Part shown: positions 1-9,990 of the stretch, piece after piece | How the letters are laid out: every line of letters begins with the position of its first letter | Position numbering within the stretch: the stretch's first letter is position 1 | Source of the DNA: Candidatus Woesearchaeota archaeon | GTDB taxonomy: Archaea > Nanobdellota > Nanobdellia > SCGC-AAA011-G17 > JACPNG01 | Length of the DNA stretch: 64,000 nt | Assembly (NCBI GenBank): GCA_016185615.1 | Contig: JACPNE010000004.1 | Coordinates: 4,625 to 68,624, forward strand | Reading direction: 5' to 3' | Notes under the pieces: generated by a model | Told to the model about the DNA's origin: nothing | The model's input: the letters and a program-made list of their open reading frames with translations, nothing else | Database searches by the model: none | Translations under genes and position numbers: made by a program

Positions 1-43
1 GATTTCTTGTATAAATTAAGCTCTCTTTCATATTTATTAGATC

Positions 44-115
44 TGCACCGGCCGGGATTCGAACCCGGATCTTCGGCTTGGAAGGCGGAAATTCTAGCCA
101 TTAAACTACCGGTGC
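44..115 (-). tRNA. tRNA-Gly (anticodon UCC), 72 nt, CCA not encoded
   Basis: The reverse complement folds as a cloverleaf: acceptor GCACCGG/CCGGTGC, T-arm CCGGG-TTCGAAT-CCCGG, and anticodon loop CTTCCAA with U33 and A37. The anticodon stem carries one C-C mismatch. Confidence 0.72.
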
Positions 116-160
116 ATAAATTAAAATGCTTAAAAAACTACTTAAATATTTTTCTATATC

Positions 161-2809
161 TCAAAACCAACTGTTTGATTTTTTAAATCCTTCATTTATC
201 TCTTCTTCAGACCACCCTTTTCTTGATAATATCTCTTGTATTTTCTTATCATCCATTCTTGATTTTCTGCATCTTTTTATATAACTTTTAAGAATCTTTA
301 ATCCTTCATTTTTATTTGGAACTTCAATCCTTATCAATGCTCTTTTTTGGTCCCACTCAATCTCTTCAAATGCATATTTTATCTGATTTTTTGTCCAGCC
401 TTTATGTAATAATGTTTTTGTGATATTTTTATTCTCAATGTTTTTGGATGAGGAATTTTTTATGAATTTTTTCACATTATCAAGATCCCCATTACTATTA
501 AATGGATTTTTTCCCCTTGTTAATGTTCTAAAATCAAACTTCCCCTTGTAAAAATTAAAGTAGAATATACCGATCAATAGTATAATTATTCCAATTACTA
601 ATGGTATCCAGCTAAATTTTTTGCCGCCACAATCTTCTGGACATAAGATATTATCTTCAAAAGGAGCAGTGCATAAATTATCTCCGCATACATGTGTCTC
701 AACACTTCTTTCTACATTAAAAGATCCCGAATCAACTGGAACTATGATCGTTTTAAGATTATTAGATAAATGTGTGAAATCCCCTTCAATAACATAACTA
801 ATGTCAATAGTTTTTCCTTTAGATGCGCCATTGATTCTTTTTCTTATTAACGGATCATTTTCAACAATTTCAAAATCATCAATAAACTTTAAGTTATCAG
901 CTGTATTCGCCATGTTCTTTGGAATTCTCTCATAAACATATACGTCGCCTAAATTCTCATTTATTTTAACAGATTTTTTCACTAATGTTTTCTTCACTTC
1001 CTCTCCGGAGTATAATATAGATTTTATTGTTTTAGCCTCTAAATTTACAGAAATTTTCTCTTGCAGATTAAAAATAGAATTTCTATCTTCTTCTTTAACA
1101 ATCCCTTGTAAGTCATCAGGATTTAATATTGATACATCCTTGACTGTTTTTGTCTCTTCTATACTAACTGGCAGTTTATTCTTGAAAGAGTTTATTTTAT
1201 CTTCAAGTTTCTGTGTCTCATTCTCTATTATATTAACAGATACGTTTGACAATAGATTTAACTCATTTTTATATCCATTAAGTTGAATCAATGACTGATC
1301 TATACTATAATCAAAATAAGATAGTAATTCATTATTTTTTATATTGTTTAAATTTCTCTCTAGAGTTGATATGCTTGTTTGAATATCCCCTGAATCAAAT
1401 TCAAATAAATTAACTGTTTCGTCTATCTCCTCTCCGGGCTCTAAAGACACTACAATAATATCAGATTCATCACCCATTGTAAGATTAAAGGTTTTTATAG
1501 GAATATTCAATGATATATTTTCGATTGGCTGCCTATTAATCTCATATATCACTCCAGGAATGTTTGTCAAATCATATATTAAATTATATTCTATTCCACC
1601 TATATTCATAACCAAATCTGAAAAGATTAATTTTCCTTTTGATTCTGAGGATACAGAAAAAGGTATAACACAAAAGTCTCCATCAGCTACATCGCAAACA
1701 TTTGCCTTATCCTCTATTGAATTAATCAATTTTGTCATTGATACATTCATCTCGGATAATTTTAATGGAGTATTAAAAACAACATTGTAATCAGCAGCCC
1801 TTAATCTAATGAAATAATCAAAAAATCCTTTCTGTTCACAATCTGTTGTATCTAATCCACATTGGAATGTAGAATCTGATTCGCTAAAATCACTTGCTAA
1901 TCTGTAAGAACCAACTGTATTTCTATTGTATAAACATACTAAAAAATCTCCTTCTATTGATTCTGAAAGTTTTACAATACAACTATTCCATCCAAAAAAT
2001 GCCTGTGGTTCTGATAGATCACAATTGCCCTTCTCATCTAATAATTGATTAGAGAATGAGTCATATGAAAATAACGCTGCTCTTATGTCCCCACCCAAAC
2101 TGGTTTCATTAAATAATCTATAATTAGCGGATATTTCAAAGTCTCTGGATGGTTGTATATCCAACAGGCTGCAATGATAAATTTTAAAGTTATCAAAAAT
2201 TGTACTTGCAGGAGCAACATTAATGTCTAATGTTTCTGAAGTAATATATTCGCTTTTAAATCCAGTAAACTCCCCCAAATATTCCCATTCTATATCATTA
2301 TCATCATTTACATCAATCGATAATGATGAAGGATAGCTATTATCAACAACGGTGCTTGATATATTCATGTTTATTGAATTAACTGAAACTGAAAATGGTA
2401 ATCTAAATCCCAATAATTTTTTTCCAGCTTGATCATATGTTAAGACTTTTGAATCGCTTGGATTTACTGCTTTGATTTCATCTTCTGTATTAGAATAAGT
2501 CTTTCCTAAACTAAATAGAACATCTGCTATACTTTTTGTGTAGTTATAATCCCTAAATTCTACAGTAAGATTAGTATGCATATTTATCGGACCTTTAAAA
2601 TTAATAGTTATATTTCCATCTATTGTCTCATTGCTCTTGTAATAATCCCTAGATAGGCTTATTTCTAATTCTGGATCTGTATGCTGTAAAGTAACAAATC
2701 CTGTATTGATTGGATTTGCATAAAGGAAAAAACTAAATGCTAATAAGAAAAATAATAGAACTACTTCCAATCTACGCCTATTGGCCTTACCTCTTTTCAC
2801 ATTAATCAA
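161..2809 (-). CDS. large surface-exposed membrane-anchored protein (882 aa), hypothetical
   Basis: The N-terminus has a signal/TM segment (RRRLEVVLLFFLLAFSFFLYA), followed by a long Asn/Ser/Thr-rich ectodomain with many NxS/T sequons. A TM helix (WIPLVIGIIILLIGIFYF) precedes a basic cytoplasmic tail of about 150 aa containing two copies of a KGW(T/S)..EI..GF motif. Confidence 0.6.
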   Translation of the reverse strand: MINVKRGKANRRRLEVVLLFFLLAFSFFLYANPINTGFVTLQHTDPELEISLSRDYYKSNETIDGNITINFKGPINMHTNLTVEFRDYNYTKSIADVLFSLGKTYSNTEDEIKAVNPSDSKVLTYDQAGKKLLGFRLPFSVSVNSINMNISSTVVDNSYPSSLSIDVNDDNDIEWEYLGEFTGFKSEYITSETLDINVAPASTIFDNFKIYHCSLLDIQPSRDFEISANYRLFNETSLGGDIRAALFSYDSFSNQLLDEKGNCDLSEPQAFFGWNSCIVKLSESIEGDFLVCLYNRNTVGSYRLASDFSESDSTFQCGLDTTDCEQKGFFDYFIRLRAADYNVVFNTPLKLSEMNVSMTKLINSIEDKANVCDVADGDFCVIPFSVSSESKGKLIFSDLVMNIGGIEYNLIYDLTNIPGVIYEINRQPIENISLNIPIKTFNLTMGDESDIIVVSLEPGEEIDETVNLFEFDSGDIQTSISTLERNLNNIKNNELLSYFDYSIDQSLIQLNGYKNELNLLSNVSVNIIENETQKLEDKINSFKNKLPVSIEETKTVKDVSILNPDDLQGIVKEEDRNSIFNLQEKISVNLEAKTIKSILYSGEEVKKTLVKKSVKINENLGDVYVYERIPKNMANTADNLKFIDDFEIVENDPLIRKRINGASKGKTIDISYVIEGDFTHLSNNLKTIIVPVDSGSFNVERSVETHVCGDNLCTAPFEDNILCPEDCGGKKFSWIPLVIGIIILLIGIFYFNFYKGKFDFRTLTRGKNPFNSNGDLDNVKKFIKNSSSKNIENKNITKTLLHKGWTKNQIKYAFEEIEWDQKRALIRIEVPNKNEGLKILKSYIKRCRKSRMDDKKIQEILSRKGWSEEEINEGFKKSNSWF

Positions 2810-2838
2810 AGGTTTGTTTTATATTTAAGTTTTATTGT

Positions 2839-3609
2839 CTAACCAACTTTTATTTCAATTATGGCATAATTATCAACATTATTTCCTTTAAAGAACACTT
2901 TTTTATTTGTTATTTTAACCTTGCCATATGTTTTTGTTGCGCCTTCTACAATCCTTTCTTTAAATTGTTTATCAATACTAATTTGGATGACATTTGTCTT
3001 AGTGTCTCTTGTTATTTGAGTTATAGATATTTTTTTACCCCCCATACTTAAAACATCTCCAGCTCTGACAAGATAATTATCTTGTTCTAATTGAAATTTT
3101 TCTACATTTACTAATATTCCCTCATCATCGCCATATCCTGTAATAGAATCTATTGATATGGAAATATCCCCAACAATATCTTGTGTTTTTGTACTAAATA
3201 TAGTCGTTCTTTTTCCCCCAACCTCAAATACTGCATTTAGATTTACCCCCATATCAAGGGTAATTAGTTTTATGTCTATATTGTTAAATGTTGCAGTTTC
3301 TCCCTCAGCTAAATCAAAAGTAGCACTATTAACTAATTTTGATGGAGCCATTTCTGGCTCTTCCTCAATAACTATTTCTTCAACAACTTCTTCTTGTGTT
3401 TCTTCTGCGTTTTCTATCTCATCATTATCGCATACAGAATTGCTATTTTGATCTAAACAGCATTCTCCTGCTTTATATTCAAAGTAAGGGGTTTTACAAA
3501 AACTGGAATCTTGAATTATGGTTTCTTTTGTACATGCACTAATTAAAATCATGCTAAATAAGAACAGAAATATAATATATCTCTTCATAATCTTATAAGA
3601 TAATAACAA
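2839..3609 (-). CDS. secreted/lipoprotein-like protein with acidic linker, hypothetical
   Basis: Signal peptide with a lipobox-like ...ILISAC motif, a Cys-rich N-terminal segment, then an EEE-rich linker. It sits in the same orientation directly downstream of nothing recognisable. Confidence 0.5.
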   Translation of the reverse strand: MLLSYKIMKRYIIFLFLFSMILISACTKETIIQDSSFCKTPYFEYKAGECCLDQNSNSVCDNDEIENAEETQEEVVEEIVIEEEPEMAPSKLVNSATFDLAEGETATFNNIDIKLITLDMGVNLNAVFEVGGKRTTIFSTKTQDIVGDISISIDSITGYGDDEGILVNVEKFQLEQDNYLVRAGDVLSMGGKKISITQITRDTKTNVIQISIDKQFKERIVEGATKTYGKVKITNKKVFFKGNNVDNYAIIEIKVG

Positions 3610-3610
3610 T

Positions 3611-3622
3611 TATTTAAATACT
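3611..3622 (+). promoter_or_regulatory. candidate archaeal TATA box (TATTTAAATA) about 40 nt upstream of the secF start
   Basis: The A/T-rich TTTAAATA motif lies in the intergenic region at the spacing expected for archaeal promoters. This is sequence inspection only. Confidence 0.2.
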
Positions 3623-3657
3623 TTTATTATAACAAAAAAGTTATAAATGGAGATTTA

Positions 3658-4539
3658 GTGTATCAAATAATGGATATAAAAGGGTTTTATTTCAAAAATC
3701 TAAAAAAGTTGTTAATTTTGCCTATAGGGCTGATTATTCTTAGTATACTAATTATTTCTTATACTTATGTAAAAACAGGGGATTTTATTCATAAAGATGT
3801 AACCTTACAGGGCGGAATTAGTGCTACATTACAAATACAACAAGAATTTCCTGAGTTAGAGCAACAGATCAAGAAAGAAACTGGAAAAGATGTTCTAGTA
3901 AGGGTATTAACAGAGTTTGGATCTGATGACCAAAAGGGAATAGTTATAGAAAGTTCCAGCATTACAAATGAGGAACTAAAGCCAATATTAGAAAAAATAA
4001 CCAATGTAGAGATAACAAATGAAAATTATTCTGTTGAGGAAACAGGATCATCATTAGGAGAAGCATTCTATAAACAAATGGTAACTGCAATCATAATTTC
4101 TTTCATATTAATGAGTTTAGTTATATTAATAATTTACAGAACAATTATCCCATCAATAGCAGTCATATCTGCAGCATTCTCAGATATGCTTGTAACAATT
4201 GCCATGATAAACTTATTAGGAATTAGTGTATCAACAGCAGGCATAGCTGCAATATTATTGTTAATTGGATATTCAGTAGATACTGATGTATTATTAACAA
4301 CAAAAATGCTGAAAAGAAAAGAAGAGACTATAGAAAACAGGATGTTAAAATCAATTAATACAGGATTAGCAATGACTGCAACAACATTAGCTGCATTATT
4401 GGTTGGTTATTTCATCTCAAATTCATTTGTGATAAAAGAGATGTTTATTATTTTGATAATTGGATTGATTGTTGATGTTATAATGACTTATATATTAAAC
4501 GCAAATATCTTGCTTGGATATGTGAAAAAACATGGCTAA
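3658..4539 (+). CDS. secF: protein-export membrane protein SecF
   Basis: Six-TM architecture with the conserved GYSVDTDVLL..K..R motif of SecF. A GTG start has GGAG 5 nt upstream, and the gene is translationally coupled to secD. Confidence 0.8.
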   Translation: MYQIMDIKGFYFKNLKKLLILPIGLIILSILIISYTYVKTGDFIHKDVTLQGGISATLQIQQEFPELEQQIKKETGKDVLVRVLTEFGSDDQKGIVIESSSITNEELKPILEKITNVEITNENYSVEETGSSLGEAFYKQMVTAIIISFILMSLVILIIYRTIIPSIAVISAAFSDMLVTIAMINLLGISVSTAGIAAILLLIGYSVDTDVLLTTKMLKRKEETIENRMLKSINTGLAMTATTLAALLVGYFISNSFVIKEMFIILIIGLIVDVIMTYILNANILLGYVKKHG

Positions 4540-5833
4540 TAAATTGTTTACATTAAGACTATGGATTCTTATAGTTGCTTTAGTATTATCTCTATTATTA
4601 ATTTTTTCTCCACTGATTTCAGGAGAAAATAAAACAGGCATTAAAAAAGGATTGGATTTAGAGGGCGGAACAAGGGCATTAATCAAGCCCATATCAGAAG
4701 TAGAAATAACTGACTCTGACATACAAAACTTAGTGCATGTTATGGAAAACAGATTAAATGTTTATGGATTATCGGATATAAGAATAAGGCCAGCAAATGT
4801 TGGTGATGATAAATTAGTATTATTAGAAATATCAGGAGCAGATAGTGAAGAAGTAAAAAGGATTGTTTCACAGCAAGGAAAATTCGAGGCAAAGATAGGA
4901 GATAAAGTTGTATTCAGCGGGGGAAGAAGGGATATCCCATTTGTGTGCAGAGATGATGGAACTTGTGCATTTATACAGCAATGTGGGGTTGTTGGTGAAA
5001 GATACCAATGTGTATTTAATTTTGCAATATCATTAAGTGGGGAAGCGGCAAAAAGTCATGCTGAAGCAACAAAGGATTTAACAGTAATACAGGATGAAAC
5101 AGGCAACAGATTAGATAAGACATTAGATTTGTATTTAGATGATATCTTAGTTAATAGTCTGCAAATAAGCTCTGATTTAAAGGGTGTTGAAACTAATCAA
5201 ATCTCTATAAGCGGCCCTGGTTACGGAGAAACAAGAGAAGAAGCAATAGAAGACACAACAAAAAATATGAATGAGCTACAAACAGTTTTGATAACAGGAT
5301 CCTTACCATTTAAAATTCAGATTGAAAAGTTAGATAATGTATCTCCCATACTTGGGAACGATTTCATAAAAAGTGCATTCTTGGTTGGTATAACATCATT
5401 ATTAGCTGTTGGGGCTGTGATCTATATTAAATATAGAAGAATAAAAATATTAATCCCAATGTTTATAACAAGCTTAAGCGAAATAGTAATAATATTGGGT
5501 GTAGCTGCATTAATAAAATGGAATCTTGATTTAGTCGCAATAGCTGGAATCATTGCTTCAATTGGAACAGGAGTAGATCATCAGATAATAATAACAGATG
5601 AGATAATAAGTGGAGAATCACAAAATTTGGGTTGGAAAGAAAGAATTAAGAGGGCTTTTTTTATAATAATGGGTGCATATGCTACAACAGTTGTAACTAT
5701 GATACCATTATGGAATGCAGGAGCAGGATTATTAAGAGGATTTGCAGTAATAACAATTATTGGAACAAGCATTGGGGTCTTTATAACAAGGCCAGCCTTT
5801 GCCTCAATAGCTGAAAGATTGTTTAATAAATAG
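4532..5833 (+). CDS. secD: protein-export membrane protein SecD
   Basis: An N-terminal TM is followed by the GLDLEGG motif, a large periplasmic domain and a C-terminal TM bundle with GTGVDHQIII. It overlaps secF by 8 nt. Confidence 0.8.
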   Translation: MANKLFTLRLWILIVALVLSLLLIFSPLISGENKTGIKKGLDLEGGTRALIKPISEVEITDSDIQNLVHVMENRLNVYGLSDIRIRPANVGDDKLVLLEISGADSEEVKRIVSQQGKFEAKIGDKVVFSGGRRDIPFVCRDDGTCAFIQQCGVVGERYQCVFNFAISLSGEAAKSHAEATKDLTVIQDETGNRLDKTLDLYLDDILVNSLQISSDLKGVETNQISISGPGYGETREEAIEDTTKNMNELQTVLITGSLPFKIQIEKLDNVSPILGNDFIKSAFLVGITSLLAVGAVIYIKYRRIKILIPMFITSLSEIVIILGVAALIKWNLDLVAIAGIIASIGTGVDHQIIITDEIISGESQNLGWKERIKRAFFIIMGAYATTVVTMIPLWNAGAGLLRGFAVITIIGTSIGVFITRPAFASIAERLFNK

Positions 5834-5895
5834 AAGTTATAGATAATCTTTTTATATTAGAATTACATATAATTTAATAACAAAGAGGTGATTTG

Positions 5896-6051
5896 ATGGC
5901 CCTTGAAGAGCAGATAATTTTAGTTTTATACATTCTTTTGGGAGCAGTTGCTGGAATGATATATGCTTTAAGGAGAATATTCATTCTTGAGAGAAGAATA
6001 CTTGATATTGACAATAAATTGGCTGCTGTATTAAAAAGAAAGAAACGTTAA
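5896..6051 (+). CDS. small single-TM protein (51 aa), hypothetical
   Basis: The ATG is preceded by AAAGAGGTGA at ideal spacing. The peptide is hydrophobic (ILVLYILLGAVAGMIYAL) with a basic tail. It is not in the ORF track because it is under 60 aa. Confidence 0.4.
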   Translation: MALEEQIILVLYILLGAVAGMIYALRRIFILERRILDIDNKLAAVLKRKKR

Positions 6052-7016
6052 TTATTTTTCTGATGCCAGTTCCATGCATGCTGTATCATGTCAGTTATGC
6101 TAAATTTGGCATTCCATCCTATTTCTTCATTAAACCTATCAGAATTAGCGACAAGAACTGGTGGATCACCTTTTCTTTTTTCCTTTATTAATGTTTTAAT
6201 CTCCCTTCCAGTAATTTGTTTGCATAATTCAATAATCTCTTTAACACTATAACCCTGTCCTGTCCCTATATTATAAGATTTTGTCTGCATATTTTTTACT
6301 AAATAACCAAGAGCAGCAAGATGAGCATTTGCCACATCAACAACATGGACAAAATCCCTTATACATGTCCCATCGTAAGTTCCATAATTATCCCCGAGTA
6401 TTTCCATATATTCTTTTTTTCCAAGCGCTGCATCCAATATAATGGGAATCAGATGTGTCTCAATATCATGTTTTTCTCCTATTGTACAATCCAAAGATGC
6501 CCCTGCAACATTAAAGTATCTTAATGAAATTGATTTTATTCCATGAGCAACATCATAATATCTCAAAATTCTTTCAAACATCATTTTTGATTCCCCATAG
6601 GGATTGATTGGATTTAATGTATGTCCCTCTATTATCGGAATTTCTTTTGGAATCCCATAAACAGCACATGATGAAGAAAAAATAATTTTATTTACATTAC
6701 TCTTAACCATAACATCTAACAAATTAATCCCATTGAACACATTATTCTCAAAATATTTTGATGGGTTTTCAACAGATTCAGCAACAAGGGCATGATTAGC
6801 AAAATGCATAACAACATCTATTTTATTGTCTTTGAATACAGAATTAAGTTTATCTTTATCAGCTAAATCCCCTTTAACAAAAATAGCTTTTTTATCAACA
6901 AGTTCTTCATGTCCTGTCTCAAGATTATCATATACAATAACATTATGCTCTTTAACTAATTCTTTAACTGTATGGCTTCCGATATATCCTGCCCCGCCTA
7001 TGACTAATATTTTCAT
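6048..7016 (-). CDS. galE: UDP-glucose 4-epimerase / NAD-dependent epimerase-dehydratase
   Basis: The N-terminus carries the Rossmann motif MKILVIGGAGYIGSH and a YxxxK catalytic region. The start was trimmed to the internal ATG that abuts the upstream gene. Confidence 0.8.
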   Translation of the reverse strand: MKILVIGGAGYIGSHTVKELVKEHNVIVYDNLETGHEELVDKKAIFVKGDLADKDKLNSVFKDNKIDVVMHFANHALVAESVENPSKYFENNVFNGINLLDVMVKSNVNKIIFSSSCAVYGIPKEIPIIEGHTLNPINPYGESKMMFERILRYYDVAHGIKSISLRYFNVAGASLDCTIGEKHDIETHLIPIILDAALGKKEYMEILGDNYGTYDGTCIRDFVHVVDVANAHLAALGYLVKNMQTKSYNIGTGQGYSVKEIIELCKQITGREIKTLIKEKRKGDPPVLVANSDRFNEEIGWNAKFSITDMIQHAWNWHQKNN

Positions 7017-7017
7017 C

Positions 7018-7878
7018 TTAATCAAAACCATTTCCCGAAGTAGCTCCAGGAATATTTTCCCAATCTCTATCTTCCCTAACATCTAAATTAGTTCTCCACA
7101 TTTCTTCAAGAAGATGAGATGGAGCCCCCAATTCCCTTGCTAAATAAGTCAATGCACGAAGATCTTTTGGGAAACATTTTCCTCCAAATCCGTGTTTTCC
7201 ATCAGGTCCAGGAACTTTAGTATTTGTTCCTATTCTTTTATCCCTTAATATCTCTTCTCTTAACAAATTATAGTTCATTCCTTGAGCAACACATATTTGT
7301 TCTATCACATTAGCTATAATTATTTGAGAAGTCAAAGTTACGTTAGCGGCATATTTTATCATCTCTGCCATTTTTCTATCAACAATAGTATAATGGGCAT
7401 TTGGAAATATGGGTTTATAGATTTCCATCAATGTTCTTTCACTCTCTTTATCTTCTACTCCCAAAACTACCCTGTCTGTATTTTCCATATCTTCTATTGC
7501 TGTTCTCTCTCTTAAAAATTCTGGATTAACTGCAAATCTAAACGGATATTTTTCAGCAAACTTGTCAGTTGAACCAGATACCGCTGTAGATCTTATAACT
7601 ATGAGTAAATCTCCCGGATTTCTATTTAATTCTTTAACTTTAAATTCAAGAGAGGTTATTGAGTCATGTATCGGGGTATAATCTATCTCCCCACTATTTT
7701 TCATAGGTGTAGGAACACAGATAAAAGTCGCTTCAGCCTCCTTTGCAATTCTTTCTAGATGTGCAGAAGTATTGTAAGGAGATTTAAATTTGTCATATGG
7801 AAGAACTTCGTGAAATTTTTCTAATACATGTTTAGTTGCTCCCCCCACAAATCCAACACCAATAATTCCAATTTTCAT
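7018..7878 (-). CDS. UDP-glucose/GDP-mannose dehydrogenase family protein, short form lacking the C-terminal UDP-binding domain
   Basis: Motifs MKIGIIGVGFVGG, CVPTP, NPEFLRE and the catalytic GGKCFPKD are present. The protein ends about 50 aa after the catalytic Cys. Confidence 0.7.
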   Translation of the reverse strand: MKIGIIGVGFVGGATKHVLEKFHEVLPYDKFKSPYNTSAHLERIAKEAEATFICVPTPMKNSGEIDYTPIHDSITSLEFKVKELNRNPGDLLIVIRSTAVSGSTDKFAEKYPFRFAVNPEFLRERTAIEDMENTDRVVLGVEDKESERTLMEIYKPIFPNAHYTIVDRKMAEMIKYAANVTLTSQIIIANVIEQICVAQGMNYNLLREEILRDKRIGTNTKVPGPDGKHGFGGKCFPKDLRALTYLARELGAPSHLLEEMWRTNLDVREDRDWENIPGATSGNGFD

Positions 7879-7933
7879 GATTAAGAACTACAACTAAGGT
7901 TTTTTAAATTTATATGAAATAAAACTGATAAGA

Positions 7934-8455
7934 TTAATCTCCTTCAAACTCAATCATATTATAAACTGGATAACCATTAAGTTTTTCTCTTCCTTTTAAA
8001 TCCGGAAGTTCGACAATACAACCAAATTCAATTACTTTTGCTCCTCTTTTCTCAATTAATTGTGCTGCTGCCCTACTTGTTCCTCCAGTAGCCAGCAAAT
8101 CATCTATTAATATAACCTTATCTCCTTCTTTCAATGCATCCAAATGAATTTCTAATTTGTCTGTTCCATACTCTAATTCATATTCAATAGAATCAACATC
8201 ATAAGGCAATTTGCCGGGCTTTCTGACAGGAATAAATCCTTTGTTTAGTCTATATGCTATTGCTCCTGCCAAAATAAAACCCCTAGATTCAATCCCAACA
8301 ACATAATCAATGTCCATATCCTCATATCTTTTTACAAATTGGTCTATAACATAATTAAATCCAATTGGATTTTTCAATAATGTTGTGACATCTCTGAACA
8401 TTATTCCTTGCTTTGGAAAATTTGGAATTGTTCTTATCATAGATTTTATATCCAT
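7934..8455 (-). CDS. apt: adenine phosphoribosyltransferase
   Basis: Carries the PRPP-binding motif ILIDDLLATGGT and VVGIESRGF, in a protein of 173 aa. Confidence 0.85.
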   Translation of the reverse strand: MDIKSMIRTIPNFPKQGIMFRDVTTLLKNPIGFNYVIDQFVKRYEDMDIDYVVGIESRGFILAGAIAYRLNKGFIPVRKPGKLPYDVDSIEYELEYGTDKLEIHLDALKEGDKVILIDDLLATGGTSRAAAQLIEKRGAKVIEFGCIVELPDLKGREKLNGYPVYNMIEFEGD

Positions 8456-8457
8456 AT

Positions 8458-9468
8458 TTATGCCCTCTTGATCTCGTAATTATAGATATCTATAACAGCC
8501 ACCAATAATCCCAGTAATACTGGACCCAATATTAATCCAACAAAACCAAACAGTTGTATTCCGCCAAATATTCCCAATAAAACAATTATTGGATGTACCC
8601 TAATTTTGTTGCTTATTATCTTTGGTCTTATTATGTTATCTATTAAACTCACAACAATTGCTCCATAAACTAATAATCCAATTCCATTAAACATGTCTGC
8701 ATTGGCTATTTTGATTAATGCAATAGGTAGCCATACAAGTGCCGCTCCAAAATATGGGAACATTGCCGCTATAGTCATTATTATTCCCCACACTATTGGG
8801 TTGTCAACTCTAAATACAAACAACCCCAATGTTCCGACTAATCCCTGGATTACTGAGGTAACAATTATGCCATAAATCGTTGCATACATAACCTCATTGA
8901 GATTACTCATTATAGCATCACTATGGTCTTTTCTCAATGGCAAACTCTCTTTAAACCTTTCAATTAAATCTTCTCCCTCTTTAAACAAGTAGTACATAAT
9001 AAAGAACATAATAAAAAGATTTACTGCTTTTTGTGGGAGAGTAAGAGCAAGGTCAGATAAAGACTTTATAACCATGCCTAAAACTATGTTTACTGTATCC
9101 CTGTAATAAAAATCAAGATTAATATTCTCTCCAACAACAGAGGATACAAAATTTGATATCTCTCCAAGATCAGTATTATCAATTGATCTGTAAAGCACTA
9201 CTGATTCATTAATTAACATGTTTAATATCAATAAAGAAACAGCTGAAACCACAAGAGTTATCAAAAACAACAACACAAAAGCTCGAAGAGATTTATTCTT
9301 GATTATTCTTTCAGACTTTGTATATAAAGGATAAAAAGTATATGATAAAACAAATGCTATTAATATTGGTGTAATAAATGGTTTGATTAAAAAGAAAGAA
9401 ACAATAAGAACTAATACAACAAAGATAAATAGAAATAGCCGGTTATAATTAGATATAAGATTATCCAT
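8458..9468 (-). CDS. AI-2E family transporter (PerM-like permease)
   Basis: Eight predicted TM segments with typical AI-2E length and layout (YTFYPLY, GIFGGIQLFGFVGLILGP). Confidence 0.65.
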   Translation of the reverse strand: MDNLISNYNRLFLFIFVVLVLIVSFFLIKPFITPILIAFVLSYTFYPLYTKSERIIKNKSLRAFVLLFLITLVVSAVSLLILNMLINESVVLYRSIDNTDLGEISNFVSSVVGENINLDFYYRDTVNIVLGMVIKSLSDLALTLPQKAVNLFIMFFIMYYLFKEGEDLIERFKESLPLRKDHSDAIMSNLNEVMYATIYGIIVTSVIQGLVGTLGLFVFRVDNPIVWGIIMTIAAMFPYFGAALVWLPIALIKIANADMFNGIGLLVYGAIVVSLIDNIIRPKIISNKIRVHPIIVLLGIFGGIQLFGFVGLILGPVLLGLLVAVIDIYNYEIKRA

Positions 9469-9498
9469 AATTATTTATTATATATAAAATATTTAAGC

Positions 9499-9990
9499 TT
9501 AACTATTCCTTATTTTATCTATAAGATTTGAAGTAGATAGATTACCTTTAATTTTAACAATATAGACCTTACCACCATATTTCTTGACAATTGGCGCTTC
9601 TATACAATCTTTGCCATACTCAGAACCATTAACATGTACATCCGGCTTAATTGATTCAACAAATTTTAGACAATCCGGCTCATTGAATATAGTAACATAA
9701 TCAACGCATTTAAATCCTGCCAAGAGCTCTGCCCTGTCTTTTTCTGTGTTATATGGCCTTTTTTCCCAATCTTTATATCCAATATGTTTTTTCCATTCCC
9801 TAACAGACTTATCAGAATTTAATCCAACAACCAAAATATCACCTTGTTTCTTTGCTTCTTCCAGTATAGATAAATGTCCCCTGTGAATTATATCAAAACT
9901 TCCATTTATTGTAACTATTTTCTTTCCTTTTGATTTTAGTTCGTTTGATATTTTAGAAATATCTTCCCTTGTTTTAATTTTATTTATCAT
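9499..9990 (-). CDS. hldE: D-glycero-beta-D-manno-heptose 1-phosphate adenylyltransferase (HldE domain II, stand-alone)
   Basis: Carries the cytidylyltransferase motif NGSFDIIHRGHLSILEEAKKQGDILVVGLNSD. The C-terminus resembles HldE-II (GSEYGKD...STSNLIDKI). Confidence 0.75.
   Translation of the reverse strand: MINKIKTREDISKISNELKSKGKKIVTINGSFDIIHRGHLSILEEAKKQGDILVVGLNSDKSVREWKKHIGYKDWEKRPYNTEKDRAELLAGFKCVDYVTIFNEPDCLKFVESIKPDVHVNGSEYGKDCIEAPIVKKYGGKVYIVKIKGNLSTSNLIDKIRNS

Noticed and set aside
1560-1790. Antisense ORFs embedded in long genes (also 3158-3451, 3789-4004, 14066-14536, 15303-15740, 35224-35781, 43456-44025, 45060-45551, 54511-55047 and similar)
   Set aside because: Each lies entirely inside a longer, motif-supported gene on the opposite strand. 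Each has the low-complexity, S/F/I/L-rich composition typical of shadow ORFs in AT-rich DNA, with no RBS or motif.
3658-5833. Assigning the 293-aa ORF as SecD and the 433-aa ORF as SecF
   Set aside because: The 293-aa protein carries the SecF-type GYSxDTxV motif and a small periplasmic loop. The 433-aa protein has GLDLEGG and a large periplasmic domain, as in SecD. The order is therefore secF-secD.
7018-7878. Calling the short ugd-like gene a pseudogene
   Set aside because: There is no frameshifted or stop-interrupted continuation. The next gene (galE) starts 2 nt after its stop, so the C-terminal domain is absent rather than disrupted. It is kept as a CDS and flagged as a finding instead.
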